From a candidate division WOR-1 bacterium RIFOXYB2_FULL_36_35 (lineage in GTDB: Bacteria; Margulisbacteria; WOR-1; XYC2-FULL-46-14; XYC2-FULL-37-10), in NCBI GenBank assembly GCA_001771505.1, contig MEUA01000005.1, positions 10,808-74,807 on the forward strand: a stretch of 64,000 nt of DNA, given 5' to 3'. The translations under genes and the position numbers were made by a program. The stretch's first letter is position 1. Every line of letters begins with the position of its first letter. Positions 39,840 to 49,566 of the stretch are shown here, piece by piece. Under the pieces are notes generated by a model, which made no database searches, had not been told where the DNA came from, and was given only the letters and a program-made list of their open reading frames with translations.

Positions 39840-41138
39840 TCACTTTGCGATACATTTTTTAATTGCCTCAGCTATATCATAAACATCATTAATACTATGA
39901 GGGAAACGAACGTGTTCATTGATCAACATTTCATTAAAATAAAGCCTTTCCGCATTTGGACATGTTCCAGAAGAATAATGCATAAAACATTCTTTATTTT
40001 CTGTGGCACTAAAAGGATAGCCATTCTTAAATAAATGCTTATTTTGATAAACCGGTTGAAGGTATAATGGCTTTGTATACCCTTGATAAAAGTTGATTCC
40101 TTCAGCATTAACTACTTTCACAAACTCACTTCGAGAAACTTTGGCAACTTCTGGCAAGAATCTTACTGGATAAACATAATATGTGCTCTTGCAATCTTTT
40201 CGACCTTGAAAAGGAGATAAAAAATCAATCTCTTTTAATTCATTAGTCAAATACTCGACCATTTCTAATCTTTTATCATTTAAATCATCAAGTTTTTTAA
40301 GCTGTTCTTTAGCGATTGCAGCTTGAATTTCAGTTAGACGATAATTGAATCCAGCAATATTTGTAATCTTTGCATATTGAGCCGGTCCAACAACCGCTTC
40401 ACCATGGTTTCTAATTAAGGCTAATCTGTATCTTAATTCTTCACTGTTTGTTACACAAACCCCTCCTTCACCAGTTTGAATGGTCTTATTAACATTCAGG
40501 CTAAATACACCAATATCCCCTATCGTTCCCACAAATTTATCTTTGTATTTTGCTCCGTGAGCTTGGGCGCAATCCTCTATTACGCGAAAATCATTTTCTT
40601 TTGCTATATTCATTATTTTATCCATATTCGCAGGTATACCAAATTGATGAACCACAAGAATCGCTTTTGTTCTCTTAGTTATAAGCTTTTCTATAGACTT
40701 AGGATCAAGAGATCCTGTATCTAATTCAACATCAGCAAAAACAGGAATTGCACCATAAATCATCGGAGCCATTGCACAGGCAGACATAGTATATGGAGAA
40801 ACAATAACTTCATCACCATAGCCAAGTTCTAAGGCTCCGACAGCTGCATAGAGTCCAGACGTTGCACTGTTAACTGCTACTGCGTAACCACACTTATAAT
40901 AATCACACCACATTTTTTCCAAAGATTGAACTTCCGTACCACCGTAAAAAGAAAAAGGAGGATCAGGAACATGTGATCCCTCAAAAAGTGATAAATAACC
41001 ACTATCTAACACTCTTAAAACTGCTTGTTTTTCTTCATTCCCAACCGTAAAGTTATCCATCCATGGTTTGGTTCTAACAGGCGTACCCCCATTAATTGCT
41101 AACTCTTCATTTTTTAAATCTAGATGCATATTTTTCAC
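39840..41138 (-). CDS. DegT/DnrJ/EryC1-family sugar aminotransferase
   Basis: AVNSATSGLYAAVGALEL ... EDCAQAHGA ... FSLNVNKTIQTGEGG. Confidence 0.75.
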   Translation of the reverse strand: MKNMHLDLKNEELAINGGTPVRTKPWMDNFTVGNEEKQAVLRVLDSGYLSLFEGSHVPDPPFSFYGGTEVQSLEKMWCDYYKCGYAVAVNSATSGLYAAVGALELGYGDEVIVSPYTMSACAMAPMIYGAIPVFADVELDTGSLDPKSIEKLITKRTKAILVVHQFGIPANMDKIMNIAKENDFRVIEDCAQAHGAKYKDKFVGTIGDIGVFSLNVNKTIQTGEGGVCVTNSEELRYRLALIRNHGEAVVGPAQYAKITNIAGFNYRLTEIQAAIAKEQLKKLDDLNDKRLEMVEYLTNELKEIDFLSPFQGRKDCKSTYYVYPVRFLPEVAKVSRSEFVKVVNAEGINFYQGYTKPLYLQPVYQNKHLFKNGYPFSATENKECFMHYSSGTCPNAERLYFNEMLINEHVRFPHSINDVYDIAEAIKKCIAK

Positions 41139-42096
41139 CTTTCCAAATAATATTCATCACTGTCTTTGCTTCATCGATAGAATAATCCTTGATCAAATTA
41201 GCTTTTTTCAATTTCAAATACCTGCTTATTACATTTATAGCATTTTGGATGCAAGATGAATTCTTTTTACCTAAGTTTAACCGTCGTGGAATCAACTCAC
41301 TTTCCATTTTAGAATTTGTAAATTTTTCATCAAAAATATACCTATTCTCGAAATTTTCAATTTTCAATCTTGCTTTCTCAAACTTAAAATCAAAATCAAA
41401 TAGCTGATAGTACTTTTCATCAAAAGCATGCAAATATATTTTTGCCTTGTTTTTATCAAATAATAGTTCTACGTCTAAAGTTAAATCATTTTGATATTGG
41501 GTAGTCATATATCCATAAATTTTTCTGATAAAAAGATTTTCATTAAACAAAAACAAAAGTGTATCTATTACATGTACGCCATTATGTTTCCACCCTCCAT
41601 AATAAAAGACATCAGCTCTTATCAACTTTCCGAAAACATTCCTTTGAATCATTTTTTTTAAATTGATATATTTTGGATTAAAACGTCTTGAATGATTTAT
41701 TAAAATAGCAACATTTTTACGTTTAGACAAAAGTTTAATTTTATTAAATTCGTTACTATTAGAACAAATAGGCTTTTCAACAAAAATCACTGAAGGAGTA
41801 ACCTTATTTATCAGCATCCTATTTATAATTTCAAAATGAGTATTATCAGGAGTACATACGGAAACTACATCAGGTCGATGTTTATTGATGAATGAAATAT
41901 AATCATTTCCATAACTATCACAATTATAAATTTTTGCCAGCTTTTGGGCTTTATCTAAATCTGTATCAATAAAAGCCACAACGTCAATGTTTGGCACATT
42001 ATCATAAGCACGGGCATGACTAGATACAGAAGAATCTAAGTCACTATCAAAATATCCAGCAATCTTGCCACAACCAATTATTATTGCTTTAAACAT
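41107..42096 (-). CDS. Gfo/Idh/MocA-family NAD(P)-dependent oxidoreductase
   Basis: MFKAIIIGCGKIAGYF Rossmann N-terminus ... EKP motif. Confidence 0.65.
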   Translation of the reverse strand: MFKAIIIGCGKIAGYFDSDLDSSVSSHARAYDNVPNIDVVAFIDTDLDKAQKLAKIYNCDSYGNDYISFINKHRPDVVSVCTPDNTHFEIINRMLINKVTPSVIFVEKPICSNSNEFNKIKLLSKRKNVAILINHSRRFNPKYINLKKMIQRNVFGKLIRADVFYYGGWKHNGVHVIDTLLFLFNENLFIRKIYGYMTTQYQNDLTLDVELLFDKNKAKIYLHAFDEKYYQLFDFDFKFEKARLKIENFENRYIFDEKFTNSKMESELIPRRLNLGKKNSSCIQNAINVISRYLKLKKANLIKDYSIDEAKTVMNIIWKGEKYASRFKK

Positions 42097-42859
42097 TTTC
42101 TCTAAACCTCTTCCATCTTCTCACTACTTTTTGATTTATTTTCTTCAATGCCTCATTCTGATCTAAATAATCCAAAATTTCAGCTAAAGAAAAATAATCC
42201 TTTCCTATACTGTTAAAATGTTTAAATATCCTAGATATAAGTTCAAAATCTTCACACGTATCGACTTCCAAATAAATATCTGGATGATAATAATGAGAAG
42301 GGGCTTCCAAATTACAAATTCTATATTTATGCTTATTTTGCGTAATGTGTATACTAACGTGCTCCCTTAATGGATCATTTCTTAAAACAAATTCATCGGC
42401 TTTTATTAATGCTTTTCCATTATATACTATTACTTCTTGCCCAGGAGGGTAAGTTGTTTTTAGTGAATTTGATACAAAATCATACACATTTTTATATTTT
42501 AGATAATAACCAATGAATTCATCAACGATTTGCGGATCTGGAAGAGGAGAATCCCCAAAAAACTCAACATGTACATCTACTTTAAATTTTTTTATTAAAG
42601 AAGCAATTCTATTTAAAACATCATTTTCGCTACCTCGGAAATATTTAATGTTATGATTATAACAAAGACTAACAATTTCATCATCGCTTGAACTAGTAGT
42701 TGTAGCAACTACTATATCATCTAATAATCTAGACTTTTTTATTCTCTCTATTTGCTGCAAAAGCATGGGTTTACCGGAAATTTCTTTTAAGACTTTTCCT
42801 GGCAAACGAGTCGAACCCATCCTTGCTTGAATAGAACCAATTATTCTTAATTTTTTCAA
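42089..42859 (-). CDS. NeuA/PseF/LegF-family CMP-nonulosonate cytidylyltransferase
   Basis: LRIIGSIQARMGSTRLPGKVL. Confidence 0.75.
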   Translation of the reverse strand: MKKLRIIGSIQARMGSTRLPGKVLKEISGKPMLLQQIERIKKSRLLDDIVVATTTSSSDDEIVSLCYNHNIKYFRGSENDVLNRIASLIKKFKVDVHVEFFGDSPLPDPQIVDEFIGYYLKYKNVYDFVSNSLKTTYPPGQEVIVYNGKALIKADEFVLRNDPLREHVSIHITQNKHKYRICNLEAPSHYYHPDIYLEVDTCEDFELISRIFKHFNSIGKDYFSLAEILDYLDQNEALKKINQKVVRRWKRFRENV

Positions 42860-43878
42860 TCTAAATATCCTTTTACAAAGTCAACAATTCTTTCTGTAGA
42901 CCCTTTAAATTTTTCTGCAAAGTTAGATTTGTCGAATTTTATTCCCTTTTCAAATATTTCATTTAAAGATTGTTTATCTTGGACAAGAATTGTAGCCCCT
43001 ATCCTATTTCCTATAAAACCTTTTTTATCATTAGGACGATAACTTATAACAACATCCCTAAGGACTGCGGCCTCCATAAGCAACATTGACCCCATTCCTA
43101 TAAAGATATCAGAATATATTATCAATGGATTTAAATCTATTCCGTAAAGTATTGATACATTTTTCCTCTTATATTTATCATACTTATCCATTTTTTCTGA
43201 AGGATGCAGTTTTATTAAGAGGTGTTCTTTTTCTCCTATTAGGTCAAGGATATCTTCCAATACTTGGTATTCATCAAAACCTTGGTAATAACTACTGTCC
43301 ATAGGAAAATCTTTTGCGTATTCTTCTGAAATAAATGTTATTATTTTTTTGTCAGCTAAATTCAAATTCTTCAGCCACTGGTCTTTTCCAATAATATTTG
43401 TTGCTTTTGTAACCTTATTTTCTAAAACCGGATTGCCTATTGCATAGATGATATTTCCATCCAAGCCTTCTTTTTTTGCTTCATCTCTGGCATATTCATC
43501 GTTTACTAATATAAAATTTGGCAAAACTAAAGCATTTTTTAGTAAAAATCTTTCTTTATACCATGACCAATGATCTATTATAGAAATAACATTAATATTT
43601 TTTTCTATTCCAAATTTAATAAAAGCTTTATCGATAGAATTTCCCCAACTTGTGCCGGTAATAATGAGTTTTATGGGTATTTCTTTAAAATTGGCTTCTA
43701 CAAACTTACCATATTCTTCTTGCGTACTAAAATCGATAACAGTACTTTTTATATTATTTACATCAAATATTTTTTGAGCAAAAGAAGAAGCAACACAGAT
43801 ATAAGGTTCATTTAAAACCTTTATAATTTCGCTTAAATAAGCTGCTGGCCCTGCATCCTTAGTTGAGAAAATTATCAC
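42856..43878 (-). CDS. 340-aa GT-B-like protein (possible PseG-type UDP-sugar hydrolase or glycosyl/glycerophospho-transferase)
   Basis: C-terminal SDIFIGMGSMLLMEAAVLRDVVIS, a GT-B donor-half pattern. It sits between a methyltransferase and a cytidylyltransferase. Confidence 0.3.
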   Translation of the reverse strand: MIIFSTKDAGPAAYLSEIIKVLNEPYICVASSFAQKIFDVNNIKSTVIDFSTQEEYGKFVEANFKEIPIKLIITGTSWGNSIDKAFIKFGIEKNINVISIIDHWSWYKERFLLKNALVLPNFILVNDEYARDEAKKEGLDGNIIYAIGNPVLENKVTKATNIIGKDQWLKNLNLADKKIITFISEEYAKDFPMDSSYYQGFDEYQVLEDILDLIGEKEHLLIKLHPSEKMDKYDKYKRKNVSILYGIDLNPLIIYSDIFIGMGSMLLMEAAVLRDVVISYRPNDKKGFIGNRIGATILVQDKQSLNEIFEKGIKFDKSNFAEKFKGSTERIVDFVKGYLD

Positions 43879-43879
43879 T

Positions 43880-44485
43880 TTATTTACGTTTGCTCCTTGC
43901 TAGTATCAATATGTTCTCATTGTTAAGTAATATTTCATGTTCAATTATATAATTATCTTTTACTTCATTTATCAGCTCATTTCGGCTCCTCACATAGCCA
44001 ATTGGGTTTTGCGGCAAAAACAAAGATATATATATTTTTTTTGTTTTTTTACGCGTTTTCCTCAAAATATCTTTCCAGTTTTTAATATAAGAAAGTATTT
44101 CCATCATTACAATTAAATCCCATTTTCTTTTTGTTTTAACAACTTCATCTACTGTTAATTGCAAAAATTCAATGTCAGGGTGTTTTTGCTTTGTCTTCAT
44201 TATCGCTGTTTTTGAAATATCAATTCCAACAACTTTATTTCTACCTCTTTTTAAAAATGAAGTAAATGTTCCTTTCCCACAACCAACATCAAGAATAGGA
44301 TTAAATTCATATTTATTGTTATTAATAATTAATAACGAAATTTGCTTATCTAAATGATTCATTTTCTCCTGAAACCAACTATCGTATCCAAATATATCTT
44401 CATTTTTATACATTTCTTCAAACTTGCCAATAAATTTTCTCTTTTTTGAATCAAATATATATTTATGATAAGGTTGACTATTCAT
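43880..44485 (-). CDS. class I SAM-dependent methyltransferase
   Basis: ILDVGCGKGTFTSFL motif I. Confidence 0.65.
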   Translation of the reverse strand: MNSQPYHKYIFDSKKRKFIGKFEEMYKNEDIFGYDSWFQEKMNHLDKQISLLIINNNKYEFNPILDVGCGKGTFTSFLKRGRNKVVGIDISKTAIMKTKQKHPDIEFLQLTVDEVVKTKRKWDLIVMMEILSYIKNWKDILRKTRKKTKKIYISLFLPQNPIGYVRSRNELINEVKDNYIIEHEILLNNENILILARSKRK

Positions 44486-44488
44486 AGG

Positions 44489-45568
44489 TTATTTACCTCC
44501 AAGCATTCCCCATGTAATTACTGTATCCTCATTGATATCAAGTTTAACTTTTTTATTCAATGCATCTACTAAGAACTTAGGTGAAATACCCGTTCCTGGC
44601 CTTTTACATACTATCATCTCTCTAGTTAAGACTGTCCCTTTTTTTATATCTCTGCTTGCAACCAAACTTCGACGTGCATAACTAACAGCATCATGTTCAG
44701 CAGCAACTGGGATTTTATCCGCTCTTCCTTTTGATAATTCTGCATTTCTTATATCTTGGACCATTCGCTTCAATTCAGGAGGATCAACTGACATAAAATG
44801 ATCTGTCGACATAGAAAGAGATTTATCAATAGTAAAATGCTTTTCAATAACTTTTGCACCAAGCATTACGGATAATGACGGGACTAATGTACCAAGCGAA
44901 TGATCTGATAATCCAATTGCAATATCAGGAAATTCTTTTTGTAAGGTTTGCATCATATTAAGATTTGCATCTTCATATTTTGTAGGATAACTCAAAATAC
45001 AATGCAAAATAATTATTTGTTTATTTCCTGTCTCTTCGATAATTTCAACAGCTTCTTTAACTTCATTAAGAGTTGATGCCCCTGTAGAAAGAATTATTGA
45101 TCTATTTTTTTTTGCAACATATCTTAAAAATTCATGATAAGTTATATCTGCAGAAGCTATTTTATACGCAGGAACATTCAATTCCTCCAGAAAATCAACA
45201 TTTTCTTTATCGAAAGGAGTTGACAAAAATATAATATTTAATTCTTTTGCTAATTTAACTAAGTTAAAATAAACCGATTTAGGAAGAGAATCAAGTTGCT
45301 TAAATTCATCTATTTGAAAACCTTTAGGCCTTGCATTGTTTAAAAACTCATCCATATTATCAACATAGTATTTTGGGGCTGTCTTTGTAACTAAGTTCTC
45401 AGCACTATAACTTTGAAATTTAATTGCATCTGCGCCTGATTCAGCAGCTTTGATTATAAGGTTTTCAGCTAATATTGGATCTGAGTTAGCATTTGCTCCA
45501 GCCTCAGCAATAATAAAACAAGGATCATTAGGACCAACCCATTTATTCCCGATATTAATTCTTCTCAT
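44489..45568 (-). CDS. NeuB-family nonulosonic acid synthase, copy 2
   Basis: CFIIAEAGANANSDPILAENLIIKAAESGADAIKFQSY, plus a C-terminal SAF domain. Confidence 0.8.
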   Translation of the reverse strand: MRRINIGNKWVGPNDPCFIIAEAGANANSDPILAENLIIKAAESGADAIKFQSYSAENLVTKTAPKYYVDNMDEFLNNARPKGFQIDEFKQLDSLPKSVYFNLVKLAKELNIIFLSTPFDKENVDFLEELNVPAYKIASADITYHEFLRYVAKKNRSIILSTGASTLNEVKEAVEIIEETGNKQIIILHCILSYPTKYEDANLNMMQTLQKEFPDIAIGLSDHSLGTLVPSLSVMLGAKVIEKHFTIDKSLSMSTDHFMSVDPPELKRMVQDIRNAELSKGRADKIPVAAEHDAVSYARRSLVASRDIKKGTVLTREMIVCKRPGTGISPKFLVDALNKKVKLDINEDTVITWGMLGGK

Positions 45569-46289
45569 AAATCCACTCTATATCAAAAGGAAAGGAGTAT
45601 TGTGGAAACTGTTTCTTTACATTGCCTAAAATAGCTGGACCATACTTATTAATAAGTTGTTTCAATCCGTTTTTCCATTCTTTCTCTTTATCAGTAAGAC
45701 TTTTGCCATGCTTGTAATATTTAAAAAGTGATTTATTTACATAAAGCCCTTTATACTTTTTAAATAACCTAAAATACAGATCATACTCTTCAAAATACAT
45801 ATCTTCATAATATCCGATTTTTTCAAAGCATTCTTTTCTAATTAAAATGTTAGTTCCTACCATCTTGAACAAATTGAAATCTTCTAAACTTATTCTGACT
45901 TGTTTATCAGATTTCTCATAAACAATCGCATAATCAAAATAAACATATCCTATTTGATTGTTTTTATCCAATAAAGGAACAGTTTCATACAATGCTTTAT
46001 CATCTAAAACATCATCTGCATCTAAACGCATAATATATTTGCCCTTTGAATTTTTTATGGCAATATTTATAGCCGATGACAAGCCTTTATGCTCTTGATG
46101 TATTAAATTAATGTGCTTTGAATGCTTTTTTAATAATTCCAAACTTTTATCGGTTGATCCATCATCGACAACTATTACTTCCATCAAATTCAAATCATAA
46201 GCTTGAGATATCGCGCTATTTACAGCACGTTCAATATAATTCTCATAATTGTAGTTAGTAATAATTATAGACGCATCAATCTCGCTCAC
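45555..46289 (-). CDS. family 2 glycosyltransferase
   Basis: ASIIITNYNYENYIERAVNSAISQ ... VVDDGSTDKS. Confidence 0.7.
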   Translation of the reverse strand: MSEIDASIIITNYNYENYIERAVNSAISQAYDLNLMEVIVVDDGSTDKSLELLKKHSKHINLIHQEHKGLSSAINIAIKNSKGKYIMRLDADDVLDDKALYETVPLLDKNNQIGYVYFDYAIVYEKSDKQVRISLEDFNLFKMVGTNILIRKECFEKIGYYEDMYFEEYDLYFRLFKKYKGLYVNKSLFKYYKHGKSLTDKEKEWKNGLKQLINKYGPAILGNVKKQFPQYSFPFDIEWIYEKN

Positions 46290-46291
46290 AC

Positions 46292-47686
46292 TTAATTCTC
46301 CCCAACATTATAATATCTCGGTTGTTTAACATCTTTTATTAAGCCACTATCTAAAGTTTTTTTGATCTCTTTTACTGCAAAAGGAATGGTTACATTTGTT
46401 GCAAAACCTAATTGTTTATTTATCTTTTTAAAAGAAACCAAATAATCTCGAGGATCTGACGAATCTTCATTAATTATAAGTTCAGCATCTTTAACAATAC
46501 TTTTAACTTTTTTTCCTATTTCAGAAATTCGATAATTCTGATCATCTGATCCCACATTAAATATTTGTCCTTTAATTTTATCTATTGGAGCTTTGAGGCA
46601 TTTTATATATGCATCTGCAGCATCAGAAGTATGTAATAATGGTCGAAATTGTTTTCCTCCAAAGACAGTTATCTTCCCTTCGGTTACTGCTTTCATAGTC
46701 ATGGTGTTAACCACCAAATCAAAACGCATTCTGGGAGATAAACCATATAATGTGCTCATTCTTAATATACAAGGAGAAAAATTTTCATCCATTAATGATA
46801 AAATAGCCTCTTCAGATTTAATTTTGGACCGCGCATATAATGAAACTGGGTTTAAAGCTGAATTTTCATCTAATTTACCATTACCTATGCCATAAACACT
46901 ACAAGTTGAAGCATAAACAAAGCGATTAATTTGGTGATATTTACATGCTTCAGCTAATAATTTATTAGCAAGATAATTGGTTTCTATCGCACTTTCAGGA
47001 TATTTTTGGCATGCTGGATCACCAACAATTGCCGCTAAATTTACAACAGCATTTATCCCCTTTAATGCGCTAACAACTGTCGTAATATTTCTCATATCTC
47101 CTTCTACCAATTCAAAACTCGGATGGCTTAAAAGCTCTTTAAGAGACTCCTTGCCAAACAATAATAAATCAAGGACTCGTACTTTATATCCAGCTTTAAT
47201 AAGCTTTCTACATAATATAGATCCAAGATATCCAGCTCCTCCTACAATTAATATACTTTTTGGCAAAGAATTTTTCAAACTATTACCTTTTTCAAATTTT
47301 ATCAGTTTGGAGCATAATATTAATTTAATTAAAACTTTGTCTTTATTTACTACAGGCATATAAAGGTTTGCTTCGGATCTATTCAATAGCTTACTTACTG
47401 CTTCAAAGACAATATGCGTACGCGATAAAGAATCCTCATATAAAAATACCGGATCAACATTCATAACACTTGAAATTTTGCTATTTATATCGGCACCCTT
47501 AAGAATTGCTTGACGAATATCTCCGTCTGTTACCGAACCAATTAATATGCTCTTTTCATTTATTACAAATGCAGTCCCTATTCCACCACGATCAATCACA
47601 CGCATTACATGTTTAATTGAATCTTCTTTCTTAACTAAAGTTGAATCTACTTCTGGTTTAAACATAAAATATTCTCCTTGAACCAT
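46292..47686 (-). CDS. CBS-pair domain fused to NAD-dependent epimerase/dehydratase (extended SDR)
   Basis: N-terminal tandem CBS-like segments (IGSVTDGDIRQA..., GTAFVINEKS...). C-terminal ILIVGGAGYLGSILCRKL Rossmann motif and a YxxxK region. Confidence 0.6.
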   Translation of the reverse strand: MVQGEYFMFKPEVDSTLVKKEDSIKHVMRVIDRGGIGTAFVINEKSILIGSVTDGDIRQAILKGADINSKISSVMNVDPVFLYEDSLSRTHIVFEAVSKLLNRSEANLYMPVVNKDKVLIKLILCSKLIKFEKGNSLKNSLPKSILIVGGAGYLGSILCRKLIKAGYKVRVLDLLLFGKESLKELLSHPSFELVEGDMRNITTVVSALKGINAVVNLAAIVGDPACQKYPESAIETNYLANKLLAEACKYHQINRFVYASTCSVYGIGNGKLDENSALNPVSLYARSKIKSEEAILSLMDENFSPCILRMSTLYGLSPRMRFDLVVNTMTMKAVTEGKITVFGGKQFRPLLHTSDAADAYIKCLKAPIDKIKGQIFNVGSDDQNYRISEIGKKVKSIVKDAELIINEDSSDPRDYLVSFKKINKQLGFATNVTIPFAVKEIKKTLDSGLIKDVKQPRYYNVGEN

Positions 47687-48573
47687 GGTATATATTTTTT
47701 CATAGCCTCTTCATAACTATGTTTCGGCTTCCAATTTAAAAGATTCAAAGCCTTAGATGAATCAACTAATCTACCTTTAAAATCACCTTCCCTGGCATCT
47801 AAGAAGTTTATTTTCACCTCTTTTTCAGGCAAAAGTTTTTTAATTGTTTCAGCAATTCTTTTTACGGAGACCTTTTCCGGTCCATTTAAATTAAATATCT
47901 CGTTTCGAGCATTATTATGCAAACAAGAAACACATCCTTCAGCAAGATCCTCAACATAAATAAATTGCCTAAATTGTTCGCCACTCCCATGGATCGTAAT
48001 GGGTTCTAAGTTAAAAGCTTTTGATAAAAATATATAAGTAACAGTAGCTGCTCGAGCACGAGGCCCAAATGGAATTCCAAAACGCATAACCGTAGAATCA
48101 ACGCCATAAAGTTTTTGGTAATTTGCTAAATACATTTCAGACGCAATTTTGCCTGCCATGTAAATATGATCAGGAGAAGGGGGATATAAAGATGTTTTCT
48201 CGTCAACATTCAAATCTTTTGTCCCACCATAAACCCAATCTGTAGAAGCAAATATTACTCTTTTACATTTATTTTTTCGCGCAGCTTCCAGAACATTAAT
48301 AGTCCCTATCGTATTAACCTGAGTAGAATATACCGGATTTTTTAAAATTATATCAACATTGGCTTCTGCAGCAAGATGATATATAACATCAATTCCTTGT
48401 GTAGCGTCAATTAATCTCCCCAAATCAAGAATATTTCCTTTTATATAGATGGCTTTACTTTTATAAATAGGATCATCTTTATCAAAGATTACAACCTCAT
48501 GTCCAGATAAAAACAATTTATCAACAAGATGGCTGCCTATAAAACCCGATCCCCCTGTAACCATTATCTTCAT
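47647..48573 (-). CDS. NAD-dependent nucleotide-sugar epimerase/dehydratase (extended SDR)
   Basis: MKIMVTGGSGFIGSHLVDKL ... YMAGKIASE (YxxxK). Confidence 0.75.
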   Translation of the reverse strand: MKIMVTGGSGFIGSHLVDKLFLSGHEVVIFDKDDPIYKSKAIYIKGNILDLGRLIDATQGIDVIYHLAAEANVDIILKNPVYSTQVNTIGTINVLEAARKNKCKRVIFASTDWVYGGTKDLNVDEKTSLYPPSPDHIYMAGKIASEMYLANYQKLYGVDSTVMRFGIPFGPRARAATVTYIFLSKAFNLEPITIHGSGEQFRQFIYVEDLAEGCVSCLHNNARNEIFNLNGPEKVSVKRIAETIKKLLPEKEVKINFLDAREGDFKGRLVDSSKALNLLNWKPKHSYEEAMKKYIPWFKENILCLNQK

Positions 48574-48582
48574 ATTTAGCTC

Positions 48583-49554
48583 CTATTCTCCCTTATAATA
48601 TAAAGGTAAACACCAATGATTTTTCGCAATCCAGTCAGTATTTGGAAGCTCATAATCTTTATTCAATATTTTGTGACATGGCTGATCATAAACTTTACCA
48701 GTTGATTTTTCAATTGGATCAAAAATTATATATTTATAGTATCCTGAAATCATCCCCTCGGGCAATTTAACTCGATTTTGATATTTGGGATCAAGATGTT
48801 TCTTTGCATAATCATTCTTCCATGCAACAATTTCATCAAGTCTATCTACCTGCAAACAGCCAATTGCGGCTCCAAACTCATTTATTCTAAAGTTTATTCC
48901 ATGTACATTATAATCAAATTTACCATAATTTCTATATTTTACTGCATATTCATAAATAGCTTTATCGCTTGAGACCAGCATACCCCCTTCACCAGTTGAA
49001 ATGGTCTTTGTAGAATAAAAGGAATAAGTACCTACATCTCCCCAAGTTCCAGCCTTTTTACCATTCCATGACGCACCGTGAGCATGAGCACAATCTTCTA
49101 AAAGAATTATTCCCTTATCTTTACAAAATCGAGAAATTTCATTTATTTGAAAAGCAATATGTCCTCCAATATGCACAACAAAAACAGCTTTAGGCTTGTA
49201 TTTTTCAACTTTTATTTTAAGATCATCAAAACTCATACAGAGATCACTTTTATTACAATCAACAAATTCAACTTTTCCTCCCGCTTTGATAACACTTAAG
49301 GGTGTAGCCATAAAAGTATTTGAAGGACATAAGACTGTTTCATCTTTTACATTATAATATTCCAAAGCAGCTATTGCTGCCCCTGCCCAGCTTGAAAAAG
49401 ATAAAGAATAATTCACCTTATTATATTGCATCCATTTTTCTTCAAACATTTTAGTAAACTTGCCCTCTGCCCACTTTTGTGTCTCTATAATTTCATCCCA
49501 ATAACCATGAAGCTTCTTAGTATCTTCTTTCTCAAATCCAATAGTAAATTTCAC
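48583..49554 (-). CDS. DegT-like PLP-dependent aminotransferase (short form)
   Basis: EDCAHAHGASWNGKKAGTWGDVGTYSFYSTKTISTGEGGMLVS. Confidence 0.55.
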   Translation of the reverse strand: MKFTIGFEKEDTKKLHGYWDEIIETQKWAEGKFTKMFEEKWMQYNKVNYSLSFSSWAGAAIAALEYYNVKDETVLCPSNTFMATPLSVIKAGGKVEFVDCNKSDLCMSFDDLKIKVEKYKPKAVFVVHIGGHIAFQINEISRFCKDKGIILLEDCAHAHGASWNGKKAGTWGDVGTYSFYSTKTISTGEGGMLVSSDKAIYEYAVKYRNYGKFDYNVHGINFRINEFGAAIGCLQVDRLDEIVAWKNDYAKKHLDPKYQNRVKLPEGMISGYYKYIIFDPIEKSTGKVYDQPCHKILNKDYELPNTDWIAKNHWCLPLYYKGE

Positions 49555-49566
49555 TGTTGCCCTCCT

